A DNA stretch of 64,000 nucleotides from a virus, in IMG/VR virus record IMGVR_UViG_3300045051_000365, positions 1-64,000 of that record; one strand, 5' to 3'. The number at the start of each line of letters is the position of its first letter. The first letter of the stretch is position 1. Shown piece by piece: positions 7,561-17,388 of the stretch. Under the pieces are notes generated by a model. The model searched no databases. It was not told where the DNA came from and worked only from the letters and a program-made list of their open reading frames with translations. The position numbers and the translations under genes are program-made.

Positions 7561-10424
7561 ACCTAACATTATTCCAAGAAACCGAAAAGAACACCCTGAC
7601 AATCTCGTCCCCGACGATCCAACTCCGTCCCGATCAGAAAGCTCTTAAAAAAGAGATTTACGGCAACCTCAGATCGGGATTTAAAAGGATTCTAGCCGTC
7701 GCTCCTTGCGGGTACGGAAAGTGTCTAGCAAAAGATACGCCGATTATTATGTATGACGGTAGCGTGAAGCTATCGCAAAATATCGAGGTAGGGGATATTC
7801 TGATGGGGGATGATAGCAAGCCCCGTCATGTCGATTCGATCTGTAGAGGAAGAGAAACTATGGTAAAGGTAATCCCGAACAAGGGAGAGCCATTTACTTG
7901 CAACCGTAGCCACATTCTTTCGTTAGTTTATAACGGGAGAAGCTATCCGAAATCGGGATGGATCAACGGAGATGTTTACGATTTTTCTATCGATCAGTAC
8001 CTTTCTCTCCCGAAACATATTCAGATCTCGATGTTGCTCTATCGGGTTCCTGTAGAATTCGACAGCAAACCCATCACGATAGATCCCTACTTCCTCGGTA
8101 TCTGGCTAGGAGATGGCAATCACAGGCACACGGATGTCTGTACGTCTAATCCTGTATTGATCGACTATATAAAGAAATACGCCGATCGTTTAGGGATGAA
8201 AGTTTATTCTGATGCAAGGAACGACAACCCGAATTCTCAGCTTCACAGGATCACGATGGGAGAGAAGGGACGAAGAAAGAATTATTTATTGAACATGATG
8301 AGAGACTTAGATCTTGTCCAAAACAAGCATATTCCTCAGAACTATCTAATCAACTCAAGAGAGGTCAGGTTAGAACTTCTCGCCGGACTTCTTGACACGG
8401 ACGGACACTGGCAGATAAAAGGGGGCTACGAGATAGCGCAAAAAAGAAAAGAACTCGCGGATCAAATTGTTTTTCTCGCTCGCTCTCTAGGTTTTTTCAC
8501 AAGCGTGGGAACCAAAGAAGTAAAAGGAGAAACTTACTATCGTGTCAGAATTAGCGGTAATACAGAAACTATCCCGATCAAGACCGAATACAAGAAAACC
8601 CCGAAAGAATACACGGAAAAACAGAAATGCAATGTTTTAAGAACAAATTTCAAGCTAGAGTTTTTGGAGGAAGATAATTATTACGGGTTTACAATCGACG
8701 GAAATCGCCGCTTTCTCTTAGGGGATTTTACCGTAACCCACAATACAGTTCTATTCTGCCAAATGATTTACGACGCGGCGATCAAGAAACAACGTCGCAC
8801 ACTGATCGTCGTGCCGTTCACCTGCTTGATCGAGCAAACGATAGAAGCTCTCGAAAAATTCGGATTAACCGCGGGAATAATAGCGGGAGAGTACAAAGAA
8901 GACCGAACCCGAAAAGTGCAGATCGCCACGACTCAAACACTAGCGAGGCGGGATATTTCATGGTTCGATCCCGAAGTTATTTTTCTCGATGAGTGCCATT
9001 TGTCGGCGTACTCGCTTTGGTTCAGGGGTAATTTTAATAATCTCAAAAACGGCAGACAGACGACCTCGATAAAAGACATTTCTGCCGAACTCGCTACTCT
9101 CGGAATCGCCGTCGAGCGGGAAGGATTGGAATTCGGGTATCGGGTCACTTTCGAGGAAGTGAAAACTAAATTCAAATCCCTCGCCCTTCTCCATCATCCC
9201 GACCACGGGGGAACGAAGGAGAAAATGCAAGAATTAAATTCCGCTTGGGAAATCCTTAGAAAACAGGAACATTTATTTTCGGGGAATGAATTATCGACGG
9301 ATAACCGGATCGTGATCGGACTGACAGCGACCCCGTGGCGATTGTCGAAGCGGGAGGAAATGGGGGACATTTTCGAGACACAAGTTACCGGCCCGACCCC
9401 GAGAGAGATGATCGACCGCGGCGCGCTCGTGGGATGCGTCTACTTCGCTACTAAAGACCAGATCGACACGAAAGGAGTTAAGTCTACCGGCGGTGATTTC
9501 GACGCGGCGGAACTCGAAACCCGTTGTCTTGAGGCGGTACAGTCGATCGTCGGGGAATACAAAAGGCTCGGGCAGGATCGTCCGTTCGTCTGTTTCGCCG
9601 CGGGGAAAGTTCACGCCGCCTCGCTCGCGAAAGAATTCACCGATCGGGGGATTCCCGTCGCCACGATCACCGCGGAAACCCCGCACGAGGAAAGACGGGA
9701 AATATTTAAAAACGTGGCGCGACTGAAAACGCGGGGGATTATCAATATCAATACTTGCGGTATCGGGTTCAATCTGCCCGAAATTAGCTGTATTATTCAT
9801 TCCCGCCCTACTAAGAGTACGACCCTTTATATCCAGATGACCGGCCGCGGTCAACGGATCTGCAAGTGGCTCGGGAAAGAGGACTGTATCGTTCTCGATC
9901 AGGCGGGAAACGTGAAGCGTCACGGCTTTATCGAGGACGTGACCTATCCCGTTCTCCGGGGATCTGGAGACATCGAGAAGGGCGAGGCTCCCGTCAAGGA
10001 ATGCGAGAATTGCGGTTGCATGGTTCACGCGTCGGCGCGGGTCTGTCCCGAGTGCGGGTTCGAGTTTATTTCCGAGGGGAAAGAGAGGCGGATAGCGAAC
10101 GAGAAGTTACAGCTTTTAGTCTCGGACGAGGATAAAAAAATCTATTACGCCTATCGGGAAGCGCGGCGGGAAGCGTATAAAAAAGGGAAGAAGCCCGAAG
10201 CCGCTAGGTTCGATGTTGCTAGGATCTATAAATTAACGGATTGGTGGCCAAAGAAGTTCTGGAAGCTTCACGCGGTATTCGGGGAGAAGTATACTGAAGA
10301 CAACGTGAAAAGTTATCAAGATTATTTGAATCGTTGTTGCGGCGGTATCGATAATCAAAAATGGGTAGAAAGCAAAATGCGCGAGGAGTTCGGGGATGAC
10401 TACGGCGAGAATACTGGGAAGTAA
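7557..10424 (+). CDS. SF2 DEAD/DEAH helicase (YejH/RadD-like) with intein and inserted J-domain
   Basis: QLRPDQ, GYGK/T Walker A split by an intein, DECH, GLTATP, QMTGRGQR, C-terminal CxxC-CxxC; HPDHGG insert. Confidence 0.92.
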   Translation: MNLTLFQETEKNTLTISSPTIQLRPDQKALKKEIYGNLRSGFKRILAVAPCGYGKCLAKDTPIIMYDGSVKLSQNIEVGDILMGDDSKPRHVDSICRGRETMVKVIPNKGEPFTCNRSHILSLVYNGRSYPKSGWINGDVYDFSIDQYLSLPKHIQISMLLYRVPVEFDSKPITIDPYFLGIWLGDGNHRHTDVCTSNPVLIDYIKKYADRLGMKVYSDARNDNPNSQLHRITMGEKGRRKNYLLNMMRDLDLVQNKHIPQNYLINSREVRLELLAGLLDTDGHWQIKGGYEIAQKRKELADQIVFLARSLGFFTSVGTKEVKGETYYRVRISGNTETIPIKTEYKKTPKEYTEKQKCNVLRTNFKLEFLEEDNYYGFTIDGNRRFLLGDFTVTHNTVLFCQMIYDAAIKKQRRTLIVVPFTCLIEQTIEALEKFGLTAGIIAGEYKEDRTRKVQIATTQTLARRDISWFDPEVIFLDECHLSAYSLWFRGNFNNLKNGRQTTSIKDISAELATLGIAVEREGLEFGYRVTFEEVKTKFKSLALLHHPDHGGTKEKMQELNSAWEILRKQEHLFSGNELSTDNRIVIGLTATPWRLSKREEMGDIFETQVTGPTPREMIDRGALVGCVYFATKDQIDTKGVKSTGGDFDAAELETRCLEAVQSIVGEYKRLGQDRPFVCFAAGKVHAASLAKEFTDRGIPVATITAETPHEERREIFKNVARLKTRGIININTCGIGFNLPEISCIIHSRPTKSTTLYIQMTGRGQRICKWLGKEDCIVLDQAGNVKRHGFIEDVTYPVLRGSGDIEKGEAPVKECENCGCMVHASARVCPECGFEFISEGKERRIANEKLQLLVSDEDKKIYYAYREARREAYKKGKKPEAARFDVARIYKLTDWWPKKFWKLHAVFGEKYTEDNVKSYQDYLNRCCGGIDNQKWVESKMREEFGDDYGENTGK
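7722..8744 (+). mobile_element. Intein (341 aa) with LAGLIDADG homing endonuclease
   Basis: Starts CLAKDT, has block B CNRSH, LGIWLGDG and LAGLLDTDG, ends VTHN followed by T. Confidence 0.95.
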
Positions 10425-12015
10425 CGGGCTATTACTGTCCTCCTCTCAAGAATATAAAGAACAGGTCGCGAACGAATTATTTAGACTCGTCAGCGTCGCC
10501 CGCGCGCCGATCGTCTCCCGAATTGTCACGACCCCCCCGACGAACGGACTAAGCCCCGATTCGTTCTATATCGTTCCCGCGGGCGCGTCTGGCGCGTGGT
10601 CGGGAAAGACCGATAAAATCGCTTGCCCGGCGATCGGGTTAAGCGGACAGGTAATTTCGGGCGCGTGGAAATTTTACGATCCTTTCGAGGGATTAAAAGT
10701 ATCGCTCCTCTCGGGAGGGGATCTAGTTTATAGCGGGAACGAGTGGGCGGCCGCTCCGGGCGGGGGCGATATGCTCGCGGACGATTACGACTCGGACGGG
10801 GATCTAAAAGTTGACGCGGCGGAAGTCGCGGACGAGATCGCCGGGACTCCCTCGGGCGATAACGTCTACGGCGTTAAAGACGGGGTAAAGGGCTGGACGG
10901 GTTTTTCCGCGTGGGTAAGATCGGTTCCCCTGTTCGGGCTAGTCACGGGAGCGAATACGGCGATCACCAACTCGAATACTATTATTCAAGCTTTCCAGAA
11001 CTTACAGGCGCAAATTACCGCGATCCTGACGGGAGGAAGACTGATCCCGCCGGGCGGGACAACGGGGCAAGTTCTCAAGAAGTCCACGAACGGGGATTAC
11101 GCGGTCGGGTGGGGAGACGATAACGCGGGAACCTCGGGAAGTTCCGCTTTCACCGGACTCGCCGATACTTTTAGTTCGTTCACCGGCCGCGCCTCTCAAT
11201 TTCTACGGGTGAACGCGGCGGGAACTTTAATCGAGTCGATCGCTCTCGGGGCGGCCGCTTTCCTCAAGCCCGGAACCGACCCCGGAGATCTGTTGCAAAG
11301 AGACGTGGACGGACGCTATCCCGCCGGTGACGGACGCAATATCACGGCGATCAACGCGGGGAATATCACGACGGGAACACTCAGCACCGCCCGACTCGAT
11401 ACGGGGACGACAGCGGGGAAAGTGGTGGTTCTCGATGGAGCGGGAAAGTTACCGGCGGTGGACGGGAGCCAGCTTACGAACCTTCCGTCCGGTGGTGGAT
11501 CGGCTATCACCGTATCCGACGAGGGGACAAATCTCACATCCAACGCCACGAGTTTTAATTTCACGGGGTCGGGAGTAACGGCGACTAATTCTGGTGGTGC
11601 TGTTACGGTTAATGTGAGTGGTGGAGGATCTTCCCTCACCACATCCGTCATCACCGCTAACACCACGGCAGTATCCAATACCCGTTATCTCTGCAACACC
11701 TCTAGCGGATCTTTCACTCTCACCCTTCCCGCGTCTCCAAACAACAGTGATGTTATCGAGATAGCCGACTTTAATAACTCCTCTCTACTCACGGGATTCG
11801 GGATTAATCCACTCACGATTACCGCCAATACGGGACATAATATCGTCGGGAATACGAATCTAGTATTAGATAGGGGAGGACAGGGAGTAGAGTTAGTATT
11901 CCATACGAATCGATGGAGTATTGTTAGTGGGATAGGGGAAAATTCAACGTTGGTATTGTTACAGAATCAATTATTAGCAGAGGTACAGGCTGTTATGTTA
12001 GCGGGAGGATTTTAG
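10396..12015 (+). CDS. Tail fibre-like protein with DUF2793-like N-terminus
   Basis: YIVPAGASGAWSGK...W.FY.P.EG motif; G/S/T-rich fibre body; TLTLPASP cyanophage-type C-terminal repeat. Confidence 0.8.
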   Translation: MTTARILGSNGLLLSSSQEYKEQVANELFRLVSVARAPIVSRIVTTPPTNGLSPDSFYIVPAGASGAWSGKTDKIACPAIGLSGQVISGAWKFYDPFEGLKVSLLSGGDLVYSGNEWAAAPGGGDMLADDYDSDGDLKVDAAEVADEIAGTPSGDNVYGVKDGVKGWTGFSAWVRSVPLFGLVTGANTAITNSNTIIQAFQNLQAQITAILTGGRLIPPGGTTGQVLKKSTNGDYAVGWGDDNAGTSGSSAFTGLADTFSSFTGRASQFLRVNAAGTLIESIALGAAAFLKPGTDPGDLLQRDVDGRYPAGDGRNITAINAGNITTGTLSTARLDTGTTAGKVVVLDGAGKLPAVDGSQLTNLPSGGGSAITVSDEGTNLTSNATSFNFTGSGVTATNSGGAVTVNVSGGGSSLTTSVITANTTAVSNTRYLCNTSSGSFTLTLPASPNNSDVIEIADFNNSSLLTGFGINPLTITANTGHNIVGNTNLVLDRGGQGVELVFHTNRWSIVSGIGENSTLVLLQNQLLAEVQAVMLAGGF

Positions 12016-12016
12016 A

Positions 12017-12763
12017 ATGGTCTATCTCGGTTCTATGTTTAATCAAGCGGTATTACTTCCGAATCTAAAAAACGGTTTAATATCGTGGTGGGATCTAGAA
12101 GAGATTTCGGGAAATCGCTTAGATTCTCACGGAACTAATCATCTAACCGCAACTAATGTTAGTTATCGAAATCATCTATCGACAAGTAGCCCGAACTTTC
12201 AATATTCATTGTCGGTAGCGAATAATTCTACATTAGAACTAGCTTCTAAGAGTTTTACAATCTGCTGTTCTGTAGCTTTGTTTCAATCACCCTCCGTTAA
12301 TGGGAATTATTTCTTTATTTTTAACAAAGACAATATTGGGACAAATGGAAGGGAATGGGGTTTAATTATAACGTCTGTCAGCGATCCAGTAGCGAATAGA
12401 TTTATATTCGGTATATTCAATAAAGATGTTGGTGGTGGACAAGATACTATAACCGCTAATAACGCAGGAAACTTTACTCTCAATACCCGTTACTGGATAG
12501 TCTGTAAATACAATAAATTATCGGGTACTATATCGATTCGAGTCAATAACGGAATATCCGATACTAAAACCTACAACAATGCTATCATTCACTCTAATAC
12601 TCCTAGTCCTGTTAGATTGAGTGCATCTTCGGGAACAGGTACACCTTACGGGTTAAACGGGGTAATTACAAAAGCCTGTATTTACGAGAAGATATTATCT
12701 GATGTTGAGGAGGATTATCTATGGAACAATGGAAGATTACGAAATTACCACGAATTATACTAG
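12017..12763 (+). CDS. LamG/concanavalin-like domain protein (putative receptor binding)
   Basis: LISWWDLEE.SGNRLDS start, SFTI, IYEKILSD.E..LWNNG end. Confidence 0.75.
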   Translation: MVYLGSMFNQAVLLPNLKNGLISWWDLEEISGNRLDSHGTNHLTATNVSYRNHLSTSSPNFQYSLSVANNSTLELASKSFTICCSVALFQSPSVNGNYFFIFNKDNIGTNGREWGLIITSVSDPVANRFIFGIFNKDVGGGQDTITANNAGNFTLNTRYWIVCKYNKLSGTISIRVNNGISDTKTYNNAIIHSNTPSPVRLSASSGTGTPYGLNGVITKACIYEKILSDVEEDYLWNNGRLRNYHELY

Positions 12764-12790
12764 CCGATATTCAAGCAGGAGGGATTTAAG

Positions 12791-13417
12791 ATGACGGTAG
12801 GATTGAGTGGGTTGTATACAACAGGGCAGACCGTACCGACAGAGCCTTTTAGCTTATCGATAAAACTCGGTAACAGTCAGTTTTATACATTTACTGGAAA
12901 TCACAACGGTTTGGTTTTACCGATTTCAACATCCGTGCCGTCATCTCTTACTTTTGGTGTTTGGATTAAACCATCCTCGGTTTCGGGTGTGCAGAATATT
13001 CTTTCCAAAAACAGTTATTTCGCCACGGGGACGGGAGATTTTCCCCTCTCGTTTAGTTTGACCAGTTCATCTTTAGGACTTAATCTCGATGGTGGCAACG
13101 ATTTCTCGCCCGACCTAACTCTAAATTCTTCGGGAGTGACGATTACTACCGGCGCGTGGAGACATATCGGGTTCAGTTATTCTAATAACGGACAATCTCG
13201 ACTATATATCGATGGAGTCGTAAACGCTTCAACGTCTATAAACTTTTCTGTTGGTAATAATTCAAGAAATTGGACACTGGGTAAGTGTAGTTTTTTTAAT
13301 TCGGGAGATAGTCAACTTCGTTATTCTGGAGATATGTTCGATCCGTTTATAGCGATCGGGGAACAATCTGATTTTTTGATAGCTACTTTATTCCAGAAGA
13401 AACCTTTTATTAACTAA
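12791..13417 (+). CDS. LamG-like jelly-roll protein
   Basis: TFGVWIKP, WRHIGFSY, RLYIDG. Confidence 0.8.
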   Translation: MTVGLSGLYTTGQTVPTEPFSLSIKLGNSQFYTFTGNHNGLVLPISTSVPSSLTFGVWIKPSSVSGVQNILSKNSYFATGTGDFPLSFSLTSSSLGLNLDGGNDFSPDLTLNSSGVTITTGAWRHIGFSYSNNGQSRLYIDGVVNASTSINFSVGNNSRNWTLGKCSFFNSGDSQLRYSGDMFDPFIAIGEQSDFLIATLFQKKPFIN

Positions 13418-13422
13418 ACATC

Positions 13423-13839
13423 ATGCCTAAAACCTACGTCTCACCAGCCGCTCAAAACATCAACGCTCAAGTTCCGCAAACCTTCGCTAACAGTGACGGA
13501 ACCAACATCAAAACCTGTTACACGGCGGGAGCGGACGACTCGAATATCAAAGCGATTATCGTCACCAGTACCGATACGAGTTCTAAAGACATTCAATTTT
13601 ATATCTCTGACGGAACCAGTAACTTTATCCTGAGAAGGGTCACTATTCCCGCGAGTAGTGGAAACTCTACTTCCGCTTTACCCGTAGATTGTTTATCGGG
13701 CATACCGGGATTACCGTTCGACGCTCAGGGTAATCGTATCTTACAGTTGAGAAGAGGGTTTCAATTGCGGGCTAATTTAGTTAGCGCGGCTAGTTCGGGA
13801 ACTCAGATTAATGTTATAGCGATCGGGGAGGATTATTAA
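13423..13839 (+). CDS. Putative virion protein of the fibre cassette
   Basis: Beta-rich 138 aa, translationally coupled to the next gene. Confidence 0.6.
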   Translation: MPKTYVSPAAQNINAQVPQTFANSDGTNIKTCYTAGADDSNIKAIIVTSTDTSSKDIQFYISDGTSNFILRRVTIPASSGNSTSALPVDCLSGIPGLPFDAQGNRILQLRRGFQLRANLVSAASSGTQINVIAIGEDY

Positions 13840-14654
13840 TGCTAGGAATGAGAGGGATGGAGTTAGCGGCGGCTAAATTAATCAGATCGATCGGATCGGG
13901 ATTATTATTGTCAAACTCCGGGCAACTTTCTTTAGATACAAGCGTAGTTCCGAGTACACTTTACAACGGACTTGTATATAATTTTCCGTTCGATAATTTC
14001 GCTTACTCGATCGCCCAAGCCGCTAGTTTTAACAACGCGATCACGGGAAATAATTACAATAGTTCCCCGAAGCTCGGAACCCGATGCTTGGTAAATACCG
14101 GATCGGGATATACGCTCGATAGCAATGTCTGGCGAACGGTCAACTTCAATCGGGATTTCGGGGTCGCTTTTTGGTTTTATCCTACTGTGATTACAGGGGG
14201 ATCTAGTGCTTCACCTTTTGCAATAGACTCTATAACCACGAGTGGGTCTGCGTTTTGGATGTTTGTTGTTAATTTTTTCTCCCGAAATAGCGGGGGAAGC
14301 GGTACGACTGCCCCTCGATTAATAGCGAGAGACAATATCGATTTACAACTATCCAGCAGTCAGGTTGCGCTTAATACTTGGTGTCATGTAGCAGTTAGAT
14401 ATAGCGCGTCCTCTCGCAACTTTGTACTTTCTATCAACGGAGTCCATTACAATGCACCGGGAACGATCGGCACTGGCTTTACCGACGAAAATAGTTCGAG
14501 TTCGGCGCGGATTTATCTCTTCGGGGGAAGTAGCGGAACTTCCGACAACCTGAATCACACCGATCGCCTCGATCAGCTTCTCTGGTGGTATCGTAGACCG
14601 ACGGATTCCGAGATAGCCGCGCTCTACAACAACGGGAACGGACTTGAATTATAG
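13839..14654 (+). CDS. LamG-like jelly-roll protein
   Basis: VAFWFYP, NTWCHVAVRY, LSING, SEIAALYN. Confidence 0.8.
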   Translation: MLGMRGMELAAAKLIRSIGSGLLLSNSGQLSLDTSVVPSTLYNGLVYNFPFDNFAYSIAQAASFNNAITGNNYNSSPKLGTRCLVNTGSGYTLDSNVWRTVNFNRDFGVAFWFYPTVITGGSSASPFAIDSITTSGSAFWMFVVNFFSRNSGGSGTTAPRLIARDNIDLQLSSSQVALNTWCHVAVRYSASSRNFVLSINGVHYNAPGTIGTGFTDENSSSSARIYLFGGSSGTSDNLNHTDRLDQLLWWYRRPTDSEIAALYNNGNGLEL

Positions 14655-14656
14655 GC

Positions 14657-14690
14657 AAAAATCACCCCCGATAAAGAGGGTGATTTATTA
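14657..14690. terminator. Bidirectional intrinsic terminator
   Basis: AAATCACCC-10 nt-GGGTGATTT between converging genes. Confidence 0.65.
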
Positions 14691-14703
14691 GCCTAAACCT
14701 CGA

Positions 14704-14862
14704 TTAAATACGGGGAGCCGAGGTACACGTCGGAGGAGAGACGATCGGGTAACATCGAAGACCGTGAGCCTCGTTAGAAGGTTTTTCGGTTTGAGCCAGA
14801 GCGGAACCGGCAAGGGAAGCGAAAACGAGAGCGGAAAGAGCGAGAGATTTTAAAAATTTCAT
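14704..14862 (-). CDS. Unannotated 52-aa secreted peptide (Sec signal peptide plus 2-Cys mature peptide)
   Basis: MKFLKSLALSALVFASLAGSALA/QTEKPSNEAHGLRCYPIVSPPTCTSAPRI; AGGT RBS 8 nt upstream, terminator downstream. Confidence 0.75.
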   Translation of the reverse strand: MKFLKSLALSALVFASLAGSALAQTEKPSNEAHGLRCYPIVSPPTCTSAPRI

Positions 14863-15021
14863 ATAGATGCACCTGAATTAAAGTCTTGATACACCTATCT
14901 TTCCCCTCCGATTCGGAAGGGCGATCGGGGGAATTCTCGGAAATCTTAAAAAAACATACTTTTCTCTTACGTGAAACTGTCAGGAAGAAAGGTACAATCG
15001 TGTTGACGCTTTCCCGATACC

Positions 15022-17361
15022 ATGAATCTCTACTACCACGTTTTCGGAACCTGTAGGGAGAAATCCCTAAACGGATCGCAGGATAATCCCGCTTTTTGGC
15101 GAACATTAAACCCGATTTCGTGGGATAAAGTCCCAAGGCTAGATATAGCAAGCGTGGACGATAACAGAGGGACAAGCACTTTCGGACAACAATGGAAGAT
15201 TGTCACTAAATACAAGCAAATACAGGGAATTGGTTATATTTCCGAAACTAATTACAACGCGCGGGAAACCGGGGCTATAGATTTCGGATTCGGAGGAGGC
15301 GAAATTTATAGAACGTCCGCTAACTACTCTTCTCAAGGGTCGATCTCCGGACACACTCGACTCGGCTACGATGTCGAGATCGTCGCGGTCGTTCGGGTCA
15401 CGAATCCCGCCCATTTTCCACTAAATCCCTATCCCGTAGATCTTCCCGAATTCCCGATCCTACCCGACAAGGATTTTTCTGTAGAGATTCAATTCAGTAA
15501 TTACGAATACGACAACACCGGCGACGCGGAACAGAGGATCGTGGAATGGGCAGACCCGATCCGCGTTTTCAACCTCTCCCGATCCGCTCTCCGAACCGAA
15601 GATCTCGATCGCCTTCTCGATTTTCACGAGGCGAGGAAAGGGGCGAAAGGGGATTTTCTCTACCGGGATCTCTCGGACGATCGGGCTACTAGGATTCCCG
15701 TGAATCTCGGCAATGGGGCGAGTACGCAAGGCGTTTTATATCCCGACGCGGACGGAACTCGAACCGAGTTTATCCTGACAAAAGCTTACTCGTGCGGCGG
15801 AAGCGTCCACTACCGTCCGATTCTCTATCCCGACGCGGGACTCAAGATCTACCGCGGAAACACCGAACTAAGCGGGTACGTTGTCGCGCCGGATCGGATC
15901 GTTTTCGATAGCCCGCCATCCGCGGGACTATTGACATGGGAAGGAACTTTTAAAATTCCCTGTTCTTTCGAGAGCGATCGCCTCGACTATCGGCCGCTGG
16001 TCAAGACTATAGACGGGAATCCGACAACAATTAAAGGCGTTTTCGAGATCCCGAAATTCGTACTACGCGAGTCGAGAATCGAACCGGCGATCGTTCCCGC
16101 GGACGTGTTCGAGGGTAGCACGTCCCACGTTTTCGGGCTTAATCTTTACAAAGCCTCGACACTATCCCCCGAATTCCAGACTAATATTATCGACCTCTCT
16201 AGCGGGGAGCGAAAACGGTTCGCGCGTCGGGGGAAACCCTCGGACACTAATTCGCTACAGCAGAGAAAAACCTTACGCCAGCGAGATATAGAGTATCTAA
16301 CCTGCCTCTGGCTCTCTCACAAGGGAACCGGCGCGACGTTTCTTTTTCCCGATCTCCTGAACGGGGGAAACGTAATATCGCGATTTAACTCGAAATCCCT
16401 AAGCTACTCCAATCAGACGATCCAACGCGTCTACTCCCTCGGGGAACTCCAGATCCGACGATTCACGGACGGAGCTAGAACGGACGCGGGGACGGGGGGA
16501 TCGCTATCCTCTCCCGTACTCACGATCTGCCGGTCCGTACTGATCGAACTCGCGGACGGGGAAAAGCTCGGGTACACGAATCACTCGCGGGATCTAAGGA
16601 TCGACGGCGTGACGTACCGCGCCCGCCGCGCCCTCGATCCCACCGCGCTCGATCGCTCTCTCGGGTTTAACTCCGATAACGAGGAATTCCGCGGCGCGTT
16701 CACCGACGATCTAAAAGAATCCTTGATTCTCTCGCCCCGATTTCAAGAGGCAAAAATTATCACGGCCGTAGTGGACTGGCGAGATCTCCCCGACTCGCTT
16801 CTCGATCTACCCGACGAGCGGGTACAGATAGGATTTGTCGGGGAGATCGCCTCGAAAAGCGGCGAAACCTATACTCTCGAAAATTTAACCGAGGCGAGTA
16901 TCAAGCTCCGGCAATCGCGGGACGAACGGGTAACGCCCCTGTGCCGGTGGTTTTTCGGACAGGATAACGGCGACGGAACGGGATGCCGGAAAAGTATTCC
17001 GACCTACACGAGTTCGGTGCGAACCGTCACCGATCGCCGCGTTATCGAGGTCTACGGGGTATTCGATAACCTTTCATGGGGAACCCTGACGTTTTTAGAT
17101 GGCAAGAACAAGAGCGCGTCGTACCCGATCTATAGATCCGAGTCTTACCCCGCGTCCTCGGGAACTACGAGGATCGAGTTATTCACCGGCGCGTCCGATT
17201 CAATTTTCGCTCACGACAAGGTAAGACTAACCGCGGGATGCGATCGGACTTACGGGACGTGCCGAACGCTCTGGGACAATACGGGCAATTTCGGCGGGGT
17301 TCCCTCATCCGGGAATTTTATGCCCGGCGGAAAGTTCCTGTTCGCCTCCCCGACTCGGTAA
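15022..17361 (+). CDS. Fused distal tail/hub protein (DUF2460-like plus DUF2163/BR0599-like)
   Basis: LDFHEARKG...FLYRD, TWEGTFKIPCSFESD; LGYTNHSRDL, AGCDRTYGTC...NFGG.P. Confidence 0.85.
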   Translation: MNLYYHVFGTCREKSLNGSQDNPAFWRTLNPISWDKVPRLDIASVDDNRGTSTFGQQWKIVTKYKQIQGIGYISETNYNARETGAIDFGFGGGEIYRTSANYSSQGSISGHTRLGYDVEIVAVVRVTNPAHFPLNPYPVDLPEFPILPDKDFSVEIQFSNYEYDNTGDAEQRIVEWADPIRVFNLSRSALRTEDLDRLLDFHEARKGAKGDFLYRDLSDDRATRIPVNLGNGASTQGVLYPDADGTRTEFILTKAYSCGGSVHYRPILYPDAGLKIYRGNTELSGYVVAPDRIVFDSPPSAGLLTWEGTFKIPCSFESDRLDYRPLVKTIDGNPTTIKGVFEIPKFVLRESRIEPAIVPADVFEGSTSHVFGLNLYKASTLSPEFQTNIIDLSSGERKRFARRGKPSDTNSLQQRKTLRQRDIEYLTCLWLSHKGTGATFLFPDLLNGGNVISRFNSKSLSYSNQTIQRVYSLGELQIRRFTDGARTDAGTGGSLSSPVLTICRSVLIELADGEKLGYTNHSRDLRIDGVTYRARRALDPTALDRSLGFNSDNEEFRGAFTDDLKESLILSPRFQEAKIITAVVDWRDLPDSLLDLPDERVQIGFVGEIASKSGETYTLENLTEASIKLRQSRDERVTPLCRWFFGQDNGDGTGCRKSIPTYTSSVRTVTDRRVIEVYGVFDNLSWGTLTFLDGKNKSASYPIYRSESYPASSGTTRIELFTGASDSIFAHDKVRLTAGCDRTYGTCRTLWDNTGNFGGVPSSGNFMPGGKFLFASPTR

Positions 17362-17388
17362 AATTACAGATAGAACGAAAGATCTATT

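Noticed and set aside
12017-14654. Diversity-generating retroelement targeting lectin genes
   Set aside because: No reverse transcriptase and no TR/VR pair seen in the window.
14774-15175. 133-aa minus-strand ORF from the track
   Set aside because: It overlaps the hub gene antisense; the 52-aa ORF in another frame has an RBS and signal peptide.
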